DNA from: Dimargaris cristalligena
Taxonomy: Eukaryota
Assembly: GCA_003614675.1 (NCBI GenBank)
Contig: ML002231.1
Location: forward strand, 1-64,000
Direction: 5' to 3'
DNA: 64,000 nt
In this document: positions 22,801 through 35,959 of the stretch, piece after piece
Layout: every line of letters begins with the position of its first letter
How positions within the stretch are numbered: the first letter of the stretch is position 1
Translations under genes and position numbers: made by a program
The notes under the pieces: model-generated
Seen by the model: the letters and a program-made list of their open reading frames with translations, nothing else
What the model was told of the DNA's origin: nothing
Database searches by the model: none

Positions 22801-25800
22801 GCCAACCGGCACTTCCGGTCCTTAGTCACCCTGACCGGTCTCATCATCCTGTTCTCAGAATACTACGTACCGCTGGGCCACCATGGCCCACCTTACTCGA
22901 CCGTCACTGCTTGGCTGGCGTCTCCCAATTTTCAGGATTTCCTCGCTCTCTTGGGTCAGCTCTATCAATTCTCCACCTGGGAGGGAATTCACCTGCACCC
23001 GATTTCCCTGTCTGCCAGTGAGCTGGCCAAGGTGATGAACCCTGCCACCTCCTCTGCCGTGGCCGCGATCGACGCTGCCCCTCCTACTCTAGTTTCCCTA
23101 TTAGAAGCTCGGGCCGAGGTCACTGGGAAACCCATTTGGGTAGTACAGAACGCCACTTTCCTGGACTTACTATTGCACCACATTCGAACGAGTCTGGCCA
23201 GTACGATGCTTAACCTGACCAATTATATCATTTCACGTCGGTCGGTTGACCCTCAGCAACGCACCACGGCCTTACGGGTGGCCAAGCAGGTCGCGGCGGT
23301 CTTTACCCGCCATTTGACCTGGCTTGGCCTTGAACCTCAGACGCGCACTCCAGCCGAGTGGCGTTATTTCGTGACGATGCTTAGTCACCTGTCCTCGGTC
23401 TTCCTAGACGGACACAATCTACTGTACCTGCAGGTCCAGATTCTGATTCCGTTTGTCCGTATGGGAGGTATTCGCCTCTTGGGGCAGTTGCTGTCTCTCG
23501 CCTGGGACCAGCTGGAAGCCTTGCCTGCCGATTCAACCGATCCGTGTGCCAAACTTGCCGATTCGACCGCCGAAATCTGCCTTAGTGTGCTCCAATTCAT
23601 GGTTAACCAGAAACTCCTAATGGGTGCCCCCCACCTCTCCAGCCTTGCCACGAAGGACAAAACCTACCCGGATCCGGACTATTTCCAACCCACCGATTTC
23701 CTGGTTGAGGTACGCCATGCTACTCTTCCTCTGCTGATCCGCGCCTGGCAGTCACCTGTTCTGCTGCGTTGTTCTGACCAGGTAGTTCAGAGCCTATGTG
23801 AAGGATTGCTTCCTATCTTGAAGGGCCAAGGTGAAAAGAATACCCGCCCCGAGCGGTCCGACCATCCTCCATACCACCTGCCCCTCATGCCTGGGGTTGG
23901 GGCTCTGCCGGTGAATGAATCCCACCGACAGTCTCTCATGGACATGGGTTTCTCGAGTGAAGCGGCTGAAATGGCCCTGCGCCGTAATTTTAACAATGTC
24001 ATCCGCGCGGCCGACTACCTATTAACTAATCCGGAAGTAGTTACCAACCCCGGCGAGACACCCGCCGCTCCAGCATCCAATCCCGCAGCTACTGGTAACG
24101 AAGCTGAGACCAATATTGAGGATACTCCCGAGCCCACCGCCAGTACCGCCCCTTCGACCGAATCTGTTTCCGCACCCGCCACCCAAGCTGCGAATATGGA
24201 GTCCTTCTTGAGCGACTATTTGGAAGCCTTTTTGGAACGGCTACCTCAGCCCCACCCGTCCAACGATACACCTCCCACCACTACACCGGCTGCGAATACC
24301 ACCGGTGACGCGAGTGGTCCGAATCGGATGATGGACGTTGACGAGCCTCCACAATCCGAGGGCACGGAGCCGTCGGCATCGACATCTGAACCCCGCATGG
24401 AAGCCCCTCCCTTTGCTACTGTAGAGGCCCTTCGCGAGGCCCTGGCTGACCTGAGACAGGCGTCCTTCGAGTCTCTTCTGCCCCGGGTTGTGCAGTTGTT
24501 GCCCCAATTCCCCACTGCTGTATTCCAGTTAAAGAACCTGGCTTTGCTTGCCATTGATAATTCACCTGCCCTCCGGGTACCCCAGCTGCTTGATGCCCTG
24601 CGGTCGATCTATCAGCGGGCTACCTCCGAAGAAGCGACGTCAACGTCGGCCGTACCTGCTGCACTTGAGTATGCCCACTTCCTGCGTCTGTTCGCTCTGA
24701 TTCTAAATGACGCCAGTGTCCAGTCCAATGTAGTGGACCACTGCGGAGACCTGGTTAGCCAACTCCTTGATCAGATTCAAACGACCATTGACAATGCCGT
24801 GAACGGAGCCACAGGCAAGACGGAGGGAACCCGATCCGCTCTCCCGGTGTGGTTCTCCCCAGCCTTGCTCATCATCGAAGCATGCATTACTCTGAGTGAT
24901 GAGCCCAAACCGGTCCAATTCAGGGCCGACTCCGCTAATGGGGAAACTGATTCCCAGGCACCGACTGCCTTGGACAATGCCGATTCTTCGAATAATGCCA
25001 CCGAGACAGTCCCTCCGAATGCCTCTTCTGCGGCTCCTGCCCCTACTGATGGTACGGTTGCCTCTCAGGTCACCCTTCTGTCGACAGAAATGAAGACCCG
25101 TATCATGTCGCATTTGCTGCGCCTTTTGCGTTCGGATGTACTCTTGGCCCGAGGCCAGACCCATGCGGTGCTTAGCATCCTCGTCCAGATCTCTCGCACG
25201 TATGCATGCGCAGTCGAACTGGTTAAAGAGAATGGCCTCGATACCCTGCTCGCTCCCCTGCGAGTTGGTCGACCCGCGTTTAGACGTCACCGGGATTTGG
25301 TCATGTTGATCATTCGCCATGCCTTGGAACACCCCCAAGTGGTCCAAATGATCATTGAGCGACGAATCATTCGCTGGCTGTCCTCCTCCCGCTCCCGCGT
25401 TGTCGATATTTCTGCTATGGTGCGTACCAATGCCCCCATCGCCCTGCGTAATGTGCCCGCCTTTATGCGAGCTATTGAGGCCACCTGCTGTATCCCCCAC
25501 TACGTAGCCCAATCACGCACCTACCAGATCACTTTGCTCCCTGCCGACCAGCGACCGTCCGCCGATACTCTCGTTGCCACCCCTGGTCCAGAAGCAGAAT
25601 TTACGGCCACTTCTGTGGTACGCTACCTTATCCAGGAAATTTTTGCTCTCAAACGCCAAGAGGCCCACCTGCGAGCGGGCCTGGGCGGGGTATCTAAGTA
25701 CGAGTCCGAACCCGAGCAGGAAAACGCTGCTATTCCTCCCAAGGACGATCTGAAGCGGGCGCTGACTCCAGAGTATCGGCAGTGGTTTCATTTAATTAGC

Positions 25801-28800
25801 TACCGCTGCTACTTGCTGCAGTCTCTAACCGAGCTACTGTCTGCTTTCCCCGCCGTCCAATCCGAGCTGATGGATATTTCGCGCAGCGTCAGCATGCCCA
25901 TTGTCGAGGATGTCCCGGTTACCCCTACGAAACCGGGGAGCGGGTCGGCCCTCCGCCGCCACCAAACCGTTCTTGACAATGGGCCGGCCGGAGAGGGGGT
26001 CCCTTCTCTGCAGCCCCCTCAACGACCCCGTTCCCGTCGCTCGGCCTTCGTTAACTACCTAATCACCGAGCTACTGGTTCCTGACGATGATTTCCAACAA
26101 ACCAACGTATCACATCGGTTGCAGTACCAGCAGTACCTTTACACCGACGGGCTTCTCTCTACCTTGTGCTTAGAGGGCCGCTCCGAAGGACCGAAGTCCG
26201 CTTCTGATACCCCGACGCCCCATGAGGAAATGCGTCGGTTAATTCTAGATGCCGTGGCCGGAGAAATGCGCCTCATACTCCGCTCGACCCAGCCCCTCCC
26301 AATCCGTTATAGCCGCATTTGGGCTCTAGCGGTCTTTACCTTCAAGCTGCTTACCGCCCGAACGGCCCGAGTCAACCAGCCCCGCTCGCAGCCCCTGGAA
26401 TCCAACCGGGAGCTTGCTTCCCTCATGCTAGAACGTAATTACGTTAATTTGCTGACGGGAATCATCGCCGAACTCGACCTCAATTACCCCCATATCACCA
26501 TGCTTCTGAGCAGTCTTATCCGCCCTCTGGAGTACCTAACCCAATTCTCTCGCAAGGTGAATAAATGGGGCCCGGCCGTGCCAGGAAGTCTATTTCCGCT
26601 TGCTGAAGGCGATGCCCGTGGCTCAACCGAGTCCCGCAATCCCGGTACTACTTCTTCCGCCGCAGCTGACTCGTCTGGCCCAGTCTCCCTGCCTACCCAA
26701 GGCGAGTCTGCCTCCAATCCCGATAGAGCCTTATCTAGACTTAACGATCATGACGACGACGAAGTTCCTGAAACGGACGAGCATTCCGAGGACGATGAGA
26801 TTTCTGACCTTTACCGTAATTCCGCCCTGGGTATGATCGACGGTGCAACCGCCATGGCCGAGGATGATGAGGACCATGAGGGAGAGTTCGACGAAGAAGC
26901 CTACGACGACGAGGAATTCTCGGAAGATTACGGGATTAGCGGCAGTGATATTAGTGATGACAATTCCGATGAAGAGGACATTGAAATGGAAGTTGTTCTT
27001 CACCGCCCCTTTGGTGAAGACGGCGACCTCGACGCCGAAGACCACGGCCATGGTCATGTCATTCTTGGCGATAGTGACGACGACGACGATGATGACGACC
27101 TTAGTGGCACTGACAGCCTCGGTGACAGCGGCAGTAGCCTTGATAGTGAGGATGATCACGATGGCGGTAATCACCGACGTTCAGGGACTATCCACGAGGA
27201 CTCCGGGGATTTGCATATTCCGGCTGATATTGGCCACCTCTATGCCCAGTTGATGCGATCTGCCAGTTCTCGGCGTCGCGGGGGACGCTCCAATGGCGAT
27301 GATGGCCCAGCCGACGGCGATCAAGATACCTCTGCTGACCCCAACCATGCCGGTGATGATAATGGCCAAGAGGACGACTTCGACGGCAGCCCAGAAATGC
27401 AATGGGAGATGGAAGACTTTGAGTTGGGCTCATTGGGCCGACCTGACGGGCTTGGGGATGATGACCTTGCCGCGGATGACCCATTCCTTGTTGCCCTGCA
27501 CGGTCGTCGTTCAGACAGGTCGACCGCCGACATGGACGGACATGCCCGCATCGATTTAGCTGATGCCACTCGTGCCGCAAGCCTATTCGTCAACTCCGGT
27601 CGCTTCATGGGGGCCGAGGGCTTCGAGGTCGACGCGGCAGAGGAGGAGGATGACGAAGACAGTTCGTCCATGGAGCAGGATACCGATGAAGAGGCGGAGG
27701 ATGAAGAGGCCATGCTTCAGGATGAGTTGTACGATGATTTTGATCCCTTCTTACCGTTTGACATGGGTCGGCGTGATCACGGAATGGCGGTCACGTCTTC
27801 TGGTTCCCGTGGCCGGGTGCTTGCCAATGACGAGGAAATATCCGTCGTTCGACCTGGTCGCGCGAATGGTCCGCCTGCCGCCCCCTTTATGCCCGATCTT
27901 TCCGCCGTATACGGCTCGGCCCGTGGCCTAAGCGATTATGCTGGGGGCTACCATGCTGGAGTACTGCCTCCTCTTTTGGCCGATATTGGCCCTTTTTCTG
28001 CCGGGGAGACTATGGCTGGTGATGCCCTGCACCCACTACTCTCCAATGAATTCGTTGCACCCCCTTCCACTGGGGATGCTGCCCAACGGTCGGCCCCCCA
28101 CGATATCCGCGCCCTACAACATATGACGGATATCTTTGGAGCCGAAGGGGTCCGAGCCCTTCACCATTCCCTTAACCGCTCTCATCGAATGACCGCCCAC
28201 CGCCTCAGTGGACATGCCTCCGACGACATTGGAGTTAGTGACTTGACCAGCGTTCGCCTACGCCGTGCCCAAACTAACGGTGTTGTTCCTTCAACCGGTC
28301 ATCTTCCGCTCCCACCCAATGGGGTCGGTGTACCGACGGCCTCGTCAACTGATACGGCTACTCCAGTGCTAGCCTCGCCACAAACAGGCGATGCTATGAT
28401 CCCCACTAGCGAACGGGTTCCAAACGCACAGTCCGAGGAAGTCCGTTGGACCGAGGAAATGTTCGTGGCCTACGTGATCGGGTTTAGCCCACTGACCAGT
28501 ACCGAACGTTGGCAACGGGAGAACCAATTGACCCATCATGATATGGTCACTGACCACGCCTCGCGCCTCGTTAACCATATTTTGAATATGTTGGTTCCGC
28601 GTGCTCTGGCTGAACAGCGCCGGGCCCGAGAGGCCCCTACAGAACCGGCACCGTCGACCGAGCCCGTTGCTGACACGGCTGCAGTCTCCAGCACCCCACC
28701 CGCTGCTGCTACCATACCGACGCCCACGCCAGTATCTGGCCCTGAAACCCATACTGCACCCGCAGCTATTCCTGACGAGGACCAGGCCATGGCTGTGGCC

Positions 28801-31800
28801 GAAACTGAACCACGGGATGCCTCAGTGGAAACCGCTACTTCTCCGACTATCCAAACCAATGTACCTGAGGCTACCGATATGGCTGTGTCCGAGGATGTTA
28901 CACCTACCGCAACCGAGCCCGTGGCCCCCTCCACCCCGCCACCTCCGCAGTCGCCCACCCCAGCCGAAGGTGAGCCCAGCGAGAACCTTGAGCCCACTCC
29001 TTCCATTGTTACTGAAGCTGAAACCGAAACCGAAGCCAATGGTGATGGTGATGGAGTAGAAGGTGCGGCTACTGATTCCGCCCCGCCTGCCGCCACTTCC
29101 GAAACTATGATAATGGTGGGCGGTCGCCTCGTTGACATTAGTAACACTGGTATCGACCCCACTTTCCTGGAAGCACTACCGGAGGATCTTCGTGAGGAGG
29201 TTTTGCGTGAACATATGCCACCCGCTCCAGCAACCGGCCCTGCATCCGGATCAGAGATGCTGGTTGATGATAATGCGGAAATCAGCGCTGAGTTTTTGGA
29301 CGCACTGCCCCTCGATATTCGACAGGAGGTAATCATTCAGCAACGCGAAGAACAACTGCGACGCCAGTTGCAGCGGCAGCGACAGGAAACGGGTTCCCCC
29401 GCTGGCCCTGCGCCCGTTCTAACCATTCCGCCACCTCCTGTTACGCATACCCCCCGCGGCTTTGCCACCCCTCTGGCCCATGCGGAGGGCTCTGGTCACG
29501 CTCGGCCGGGCTCCTTCGGGTTTCTGTTAGACTCGGGTGTTATTCCTCCCCCCTTGGCCCGGGATCTGGCATCGCGAGCACACCGGCGTCCCTTCGATCG
29601 CCCACATGTTATCCGAACCTCTGGTGCACCAGTCCCCGTGGAGATCATTCGCTCCACGTCGATTGCTGCACCCTCGAATGCGGTCCCTGGGGCTACTTCC
29701 ACCAACGGAAATAAATCCACGACTGGTAAGAAAGAGAGTGCCCAGCTCCTTGACCGTATCGAGTTGGCCGCTTTGGCTCGCCTACTGTTTTTGCCGGCCC
29801 ATATTCCCAACGAAGGAACTATTACGGACCTGCTACTGGGCTTGTGCGAAAACAGTAAGACTCGTGCCGATCTCATTGGGCTACTGCTCAGCGTTCTGCA
29901 GGAGCAGGCCCAAACCTTTGACGATGTGGACCGCTGCTTAGGCCATCTGGCCCACGGTTCCGGTAAGAGTGGTGCGGGAGCCTTGGGTACTCCCGCCCGC
30001 ACTCCATTGTCTGCCAAGGGCAAGGCGCCGGCCAGTCATGGTACCGTGCTTCAGATATTCCCCTTGGCGCAGCTAGTGGTGGATGATATCCCTAATTTGC
30101 CCGCCCAGTGCAGTCTAAACGCCCTCATTGCCCTGGTGGAACGTAATCCGTCGGCGGTACAATTCTTCTTGAGCGAGAACGAGCATCTGTGCCTACGTAA
30201 GCCAGCCAAGAAGGGGAGCGGACATAAATCCCGTGACCCTATTATCATTAGCAAATACCCCGTTGTTATTCTTCTTAGCCTGGTGGACCGCCCTGCAGTT
30301 GTGGGGAATGTGCTGATTATCGAGACTCTTACGTTCCTACTGGCCACCATCTGTCGTCCATTGCCGACTATGGCTCGTCGATCCCAGCGGCATCAACTCA
30401 GGCAAGCGGAGAGCGAACGACCCAACGACTCAACGCCGGTCTTGTTGCCTGCATCGACATCGACCACGGCCGAACCGACCGGGACATCTGCTGTACCCAC
30501 CGAGACGCCGGTGACTGACCCTGAATCAGGGCCGAAACTCCCTGATATCCCGGCCCACTATACCCGGGCTGTGGTTAATATTCTGACCACCGGCGAGTGC
30601 ACCAGTAAGACCTTCCAAAACACCCTGACTCTAATCCAATACCTATCAGTTCTCGAAGACGCTGGCCGCTCAATCATCCACGAACTAGTGCAATGTGCTG
30701 AACGCCTGGCCGAGGCTGTGTCGCTTGATTTGGATACGTTGGTGCCCGTCCTGGCTCAGAGCGAAGACATCGATACCACCGACAATGCCGCTTTACGTCA
30801 ATTCACTGCGCCATCCGCCAACCAAACCAAAATGCTACGGGTTCTCAAGGCGCTGGACTATGTGCACACCAAGATTCAATCCCAGCAAAACCAGAACACT
30901 CCCCCGGAAGCCATGGAGGTGGATCCGGCGGTCATGGCGGATGACCAAACGGCCCGACTGGCCACTCTGCCTACTTTCCAGGCCCTGTGGACCAAGTTAG
31001 GACGAACCCTCAAACTGGTGCAGGATCACTCGGACCACGCCCACGTGGCCACTGTCCTTCTGCCGCTCATTGAGTCCTTCATGGTTATCTCGCAGCACGC
31101 CATGGGCCCCGCTAAGCAGCCCGAAGGCCCCAGCTCGCCGCAGAACCCCGAGCGTGAAATTACCAGCAATGCGGCCGAGGAGTTCTTCAACCAATTTAGC
31201 GAAAACCACCGCAAGATCCTTAACGCCCTGGTCCGGAACAACCCTTCCCTAATGAGTGGGTCGTTCGCCCTCCTGGTGCACAACCCCAAGGTGCTGGAGT
31301 TCGATAATAAGCGAAACTACTTCAACCAGCAGCTGCACCGCCGGTCCACCGACCGGGAGATGTACGGAGCGCTTCACCTGAATGTGCGACGACAATACGT
31401 GTTCGAGGACTCCTTTCACCAGCTCCAAGGCCGCAGTGGGCGGGAAATCAAGTACGGCAAACTGGCCGTCAAGTTCCACAACGAAGACGGCGTGGACGCG
31501 GGAGGTCTGACCCGGGAGTGGTTCCAGGTGCTGGCCCGCCAAATGTTCAACCTCGACTATGCGTTGTTCAAGAGCTCGGCGGTAGACAAAGTGACCTATC
31601 AGCCCAACCCGGCATCATGGGTCAACCCTGACCACCTAACTTACTTTAAGTTTGTGGGCCGGATCATTGGAAAGGCTATTTTCGATGGCCGGCTCATGGA
31701 CTGTTACTTTACCCGGTCCTTCTACAAACATATGTTGGGGCGGTCGGTAGACTATCGCGACGTGGAGGCGATTGACCCAGAGTACTACAAAAGTCTGGTC

Positions 31801-32448
31801 TGGATGCTCGAGAACGATATTACAGATCTGTTCGACCTCACCTTCAGCGTGGAGGTGGATGAGTTTGGCAAGAAGCAGACCATTGACCTGAAGCCCCAAG
31901 GCCGAGAGATTGCTGTGACGGAGGAGAATAAGCTCGAGTACGTCAAGCTGGTGTGCGAGCAGAAACTGACCTTGGCCATCAAGGACCAGATTGACCACTT
32001 TTTGACGGGATTCCACGACGTTATCCCCCGTGACTTGGTTCAGATCTTCAACGAGCAGGAATTGGAGCTGCTCATTTCCGGGCTGCCGGATATCGATATT
32101 GACGACTGGAAGAACAACACCGACTACCATGGCTACAACACGTCGTCGCCCCAAATCCAGTGGTTCTGGCGAGCTGTACGGAGTTTCGACCAGGAGGAGC
32201 GAGCCAAGTTATTACAGTTCGTCACGGGTACGTCCAAGGTACCCCTGCAGGGCTTCATTGCACTTCAGGGTTCTTCGGGAGTCCAGAAGTTCCAAATTCA
32301 CAAGGATTTCGCATCCACCGCCCGCCTACCCTGTGCCCACACCTGCTTCAATCAGCTTGATATTCCCCTATACGAAAGCTACGAACAGCTGCGGTCGCAG
32401 CTCTTGCTCGCCATTAACGAATGCTCAACCGGGTTTGGATTTGCTTAA
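19816..32448 (+). CDS. TOM1: Giant HECT E3 ubiquitin ligase of the Tom1/Ptr1/HUWE1 family (~4,137 aa); exons 19816-19857, 20077-32448
   Basis: MKITKQP start exon spliced in frame. WIPVLNRFD (N-terminal helical region), UBA (LMDMGFS...NVIRAADYLL), acidic tract, two UBM motifs (IDPTFLEALPEDLREEV, ISAEFLDALPLDIRQEV), and a HECT domain with PCAHTCFNQL ending GFGFA. Confidence 0.97.
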
Positions 32449-34129
32449 GCACTTTATAACCACCAACCTTTATCAAACTATACCATATATACCCCCCTCC
32501 CTCTATTTCATACTCCACTTTTTTTTTCAATTTCGTATTACCACCAAATCTTAAATTTTTATCGTATCCTAAACCCAAACATATGTCTGTGCCTGGCCTA
32601 TGCAGTAGTTTTCTTGGTTTTCCAATTCTTATTTTCTCTTCGCATTACCGCATAAGTGACTAGAGCGGGTTGTATTTCTTCCCGCATTACTCGTGTAATC
32701 CATCGATTGATACTTTCGATGGGCTACTTTAAATATGTATCCGGCAAATTTATTATTCTAAAGAAAAATACCCACACCATTATACCATTTACCTGCGTCG
32801 CATTCGTTTAATAATTCAATTTTTAGATTTTTGACTATGACTCTAGTACCAAAGCTGGACTCATCGGCACATTAGCGTGCAAGTTCAATAATACATTTTT
32901 TTAAAATCGTTTAAACCACAGTGTCAAGGGACTTATCCGGTCAATTGCCCGACCCCTTTATCCATGAATGACCGGCCCTAAGGGAAGCTATCCCGCGGGT
33001 AGGATAATCCCTCAGTCTCTTAAATTAAAGCCCTTTGGCCACCACCCCTATACTACACATTGCCTTGTAGTCGACCGGCCTGTCCCCAAGATATTCCGAT
33101 AACAGGGACCGGATAACCCGTTTAATCCCTTGGTTAAACCCGGGACCTTTATAATTCGAAGGGCCTTTAATTGAAAGGAGTTGGTCCCGGAACAATGGGC
33201 CTATAGCAGGTTTCCGTGGGCCCTTCTCTTATCTTTCTTGCTCTTGTACGCTCAAGTAACGCAGGACAGAGCAGCAATAATGAAGTTTAGCGCCGCCCTG
33301 CCCTCCATAGCGAGGGGGGGGGGGGGAGGGAAGAGATGGTTCTTTCCGCCACTTCTACCGGCTCACCAATGGACCCGGGTTAATTTTATGGGGCCTGGCC
33401 CACCCCCTTCCCTTCTCGGCGGATATATTTGGCGACCAAGACCGACACTAGGCTGGCCGAAAATGTGCTGTATCTCTTGCGAGGCTATGCTGCGGGCGCT
33501 AATCCAAATTATCGGCGGCCCTTCCTTGGCCCGGTTCCCCTTTCTTCCATCCTTTTTTCTACAGCCCTGCCCGCGTGAACGAGAGAGTTCACTGGTGACA
33601 ATGGGTATAGGCCAATCTATTCACCCATGCCCCGGTCCAGGATGGGGCCGAGCAACCGCAATCCTCCACCCCCCTTTCCGCCGTCAGAGCGGCAAACCAC
33701 TCTACTAATGAATCCCTTGCCTCGCAAAATTGTCTTCAAGGTACTAAGGTGCGTCCTTTACATTTCCTCTCCTATTCCAAATATAAATACACTCGATATC
33801 CCCCCCTTTCTTCCAATCCATCACAATATCGTATCATATCCTCACTTCTACTATCCCTGCCTACTACTCCTCTGGCGCGTCGTTTATTATTTGGTGTACA
33901 GCTAAAACACTGGTCATTTTTGATATATTCCTTAATATCCAATTACTTCTTAATAATTACTCTGCTTTCTATTCTGGCTGGATTCCGGTATTGCTAAGTT
34001 TTATCAAAATCTTTGGATCGTTTAACCCAACTACTATATTTACTTCACTTTACTTACCTGTCCTTACCAACCCCTTATACCCCAATTTTATCCATCCGAT
34101 TCTACCCTAATTCCGCTGCACTATTCAAT

Positions 34130-35245
34130 ATGCGGGTGGTTGCCCTTTCGTTCGTTCTGGCCGTCCTGTTTACCAGTGTCGTTGTCGCCTATCCCATTGG
34201 CGATCGTCCCCAGGCCCAACTGATGTACCGTCGAGGTGACCCGGCCGAAGAAACGTCTTCCGATAAAAAGGGTGACTCGAAGACAGAGAAAAATACTGAC
34301 AAGGAGGCTACAACTGATAAGGAGACCAAGGAGGAAGCTACTACTGAGAAGGAGACCAAGGAGGGTACAACTGAGAAAGACACCGAGAAAAAGACCACAG
34401 CCAAGGAAGACACCGAGAAGGAGGCTACGACCAAGAAAGACGCCGAGAAGAAGACTACAACCAAGGATGACACTGAGGAAAAGACTACAACCAAGGACGA
34501 CACCGCCAAGGAAGATACCGAGAAGGAGACTACAACCAAGGATGACACCACCAAAGCCGACTCCGAGAAGACCACCAAAACCTCGAAGGACAAGGATACT
34601 GATACGGAAACCACCGAATCCAAGGACAAGGCCAGCGGAGAGACCCACAAGGGTGAGGCTACTTACTATGATCCTGGTGTCGGTGCGGGCTCTTGCGGCG
34701 AGCAAGGTTCGTCTTCTGGACTCACCGTCGCAGTGGTAAGTTATTACTCAAATAGATAGGGTATCACCCGTTGGTCGCGTGCCCAGTAGATATCCACACG
34801 ATCCTTTACCCTGTGGCAAGCCTGGTTGATAAGCCGCACTGGTCTGTTACTTTGGCCCGACTCTCCCCATCTATTTATAAGGATACATCTGTCTTCAGGA
34901 TTCAAGACTTTGATCTGATGCGCTAGAACCTGGGTAGTTATTAACCCTCCCTATTTTATATGTTTACTAATATGCTATATGATGCTACTCGCGACAACCA
35001 TCTTGACCAATTACGTATTATAGAACTCGGCGGATATGGCCAACGGCGCCAATCCCAATGCCAACCCTAACTGCGGTCGCACGGTCACCATCCGAAGTGG
35101 TGGTAAATCGGTGCAGGCCACCGTCACGGACACTTGCCCGGGGTGTAAAAAGGGCGATCTGGACCTCTCCCCCGATACCATGAAGACGCTATTCCCTAAC
35201 GCCGAGGAAATTGGTAGAGGCGATATCGAGTGGAACTTCAGCTAA
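34130..35245 (+). CDS. Secreted RlpA-like double-psi beta-barrel (expansin/loosenin-like) protein with a K/E/D/T repeat stalk; exons 34130-34735, 35024-35245
   Basis: Signal peptide MRVVALSFVLAVLFTSVVVA, dibasic RR, repeat tract, then GEATYYDPGVGAGSCG...VAV|NS...NPNCGRTVTI...VTDTCPGCKKGDLDLSP...IEWNF. Confidence 0.9.
34295..34575 (+). repeat. Degenerate in-frame tandem repeat (~27-30 nt unit; TEK[E/K]xTT[K/E][K/D][D/E])
   Basis: Recurring GACACCGAGAAG...ACTACAACCAAGGA(T/C) units inside the DPBB gene. Confidence 0.85.
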
Positions 35246-35959
35246 TTCCGCGCTGGCCGCCGATATTGACAATTAAAGTAATCTGGGGCGAATTTGGACT
35301 AGACATGTGCCATTTCAAACCACTGTCCCTACCAACACCTCCTTTCTACCGACCCTACTCCCACTGCCTGTACTTCAGCATAACCATTTAAATAATAAAT
35401 CAGCCATATTCTTAATGGAATAACCTGTTGCTGAGCGCCTCGATGAATAAGTGGCAAGAATGAGTTTAGATCACTAAATATTTTTAGTCTGGCCAATATT
35501 GGTAATGAATTTACGACTATGGCATTCTAGTGAGCGCTGTTATAAATCAGGAATCGATCACATGATTTCACATGGGTTGCAGGGAAACAGTTGGCGCTGT
35601 GCCTATGTGTGGGGAGGAGGCGAGATTCTACCCCTTTCCTCGGTACCACTCTTCTAATGGAAAAGACCGAATAGTTCCTGCCCATACAAACCTCCTCCTC
35701 CAAGTCCACCCAGCCTCGACAGGCGCCATTGAATACTAGAGACCATAAACTGAACTACTAACCTTTGGCTCAGTGGATTCCGGGCTGCCTACTACGCCTT
35801 ACTGGAATGAATTGACTACCTACTATAGTACTCTCCCTGACTCTATTTTACCCATCCAAGCTATTCCACTTCTCGATTTTAGCCTCCAGTTCCGCCACCA
35901 CCGAACCAGGCCCGCCTTGATTGAACCACCCCGAAACAACCCCTGCCAATTTTATAATC

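Noticed and set aside
21069..32554. Many short ORFs nested in or antisense to TOM1 (likewise within ENV7, TAL1, the bHLH gene, PER1 and the DPBB gene)
   Set aside because: Alternative-frame or antisense by-products of long GC-rich coding sequence, with no motifs.
34295..34575. Regularly spaced ~30-nt repeats as a CRISPR-like array
   Set aside because: Degenerate in-frame coding repeats without unique spacers, inside a eukaryotic secreted-protein exon.
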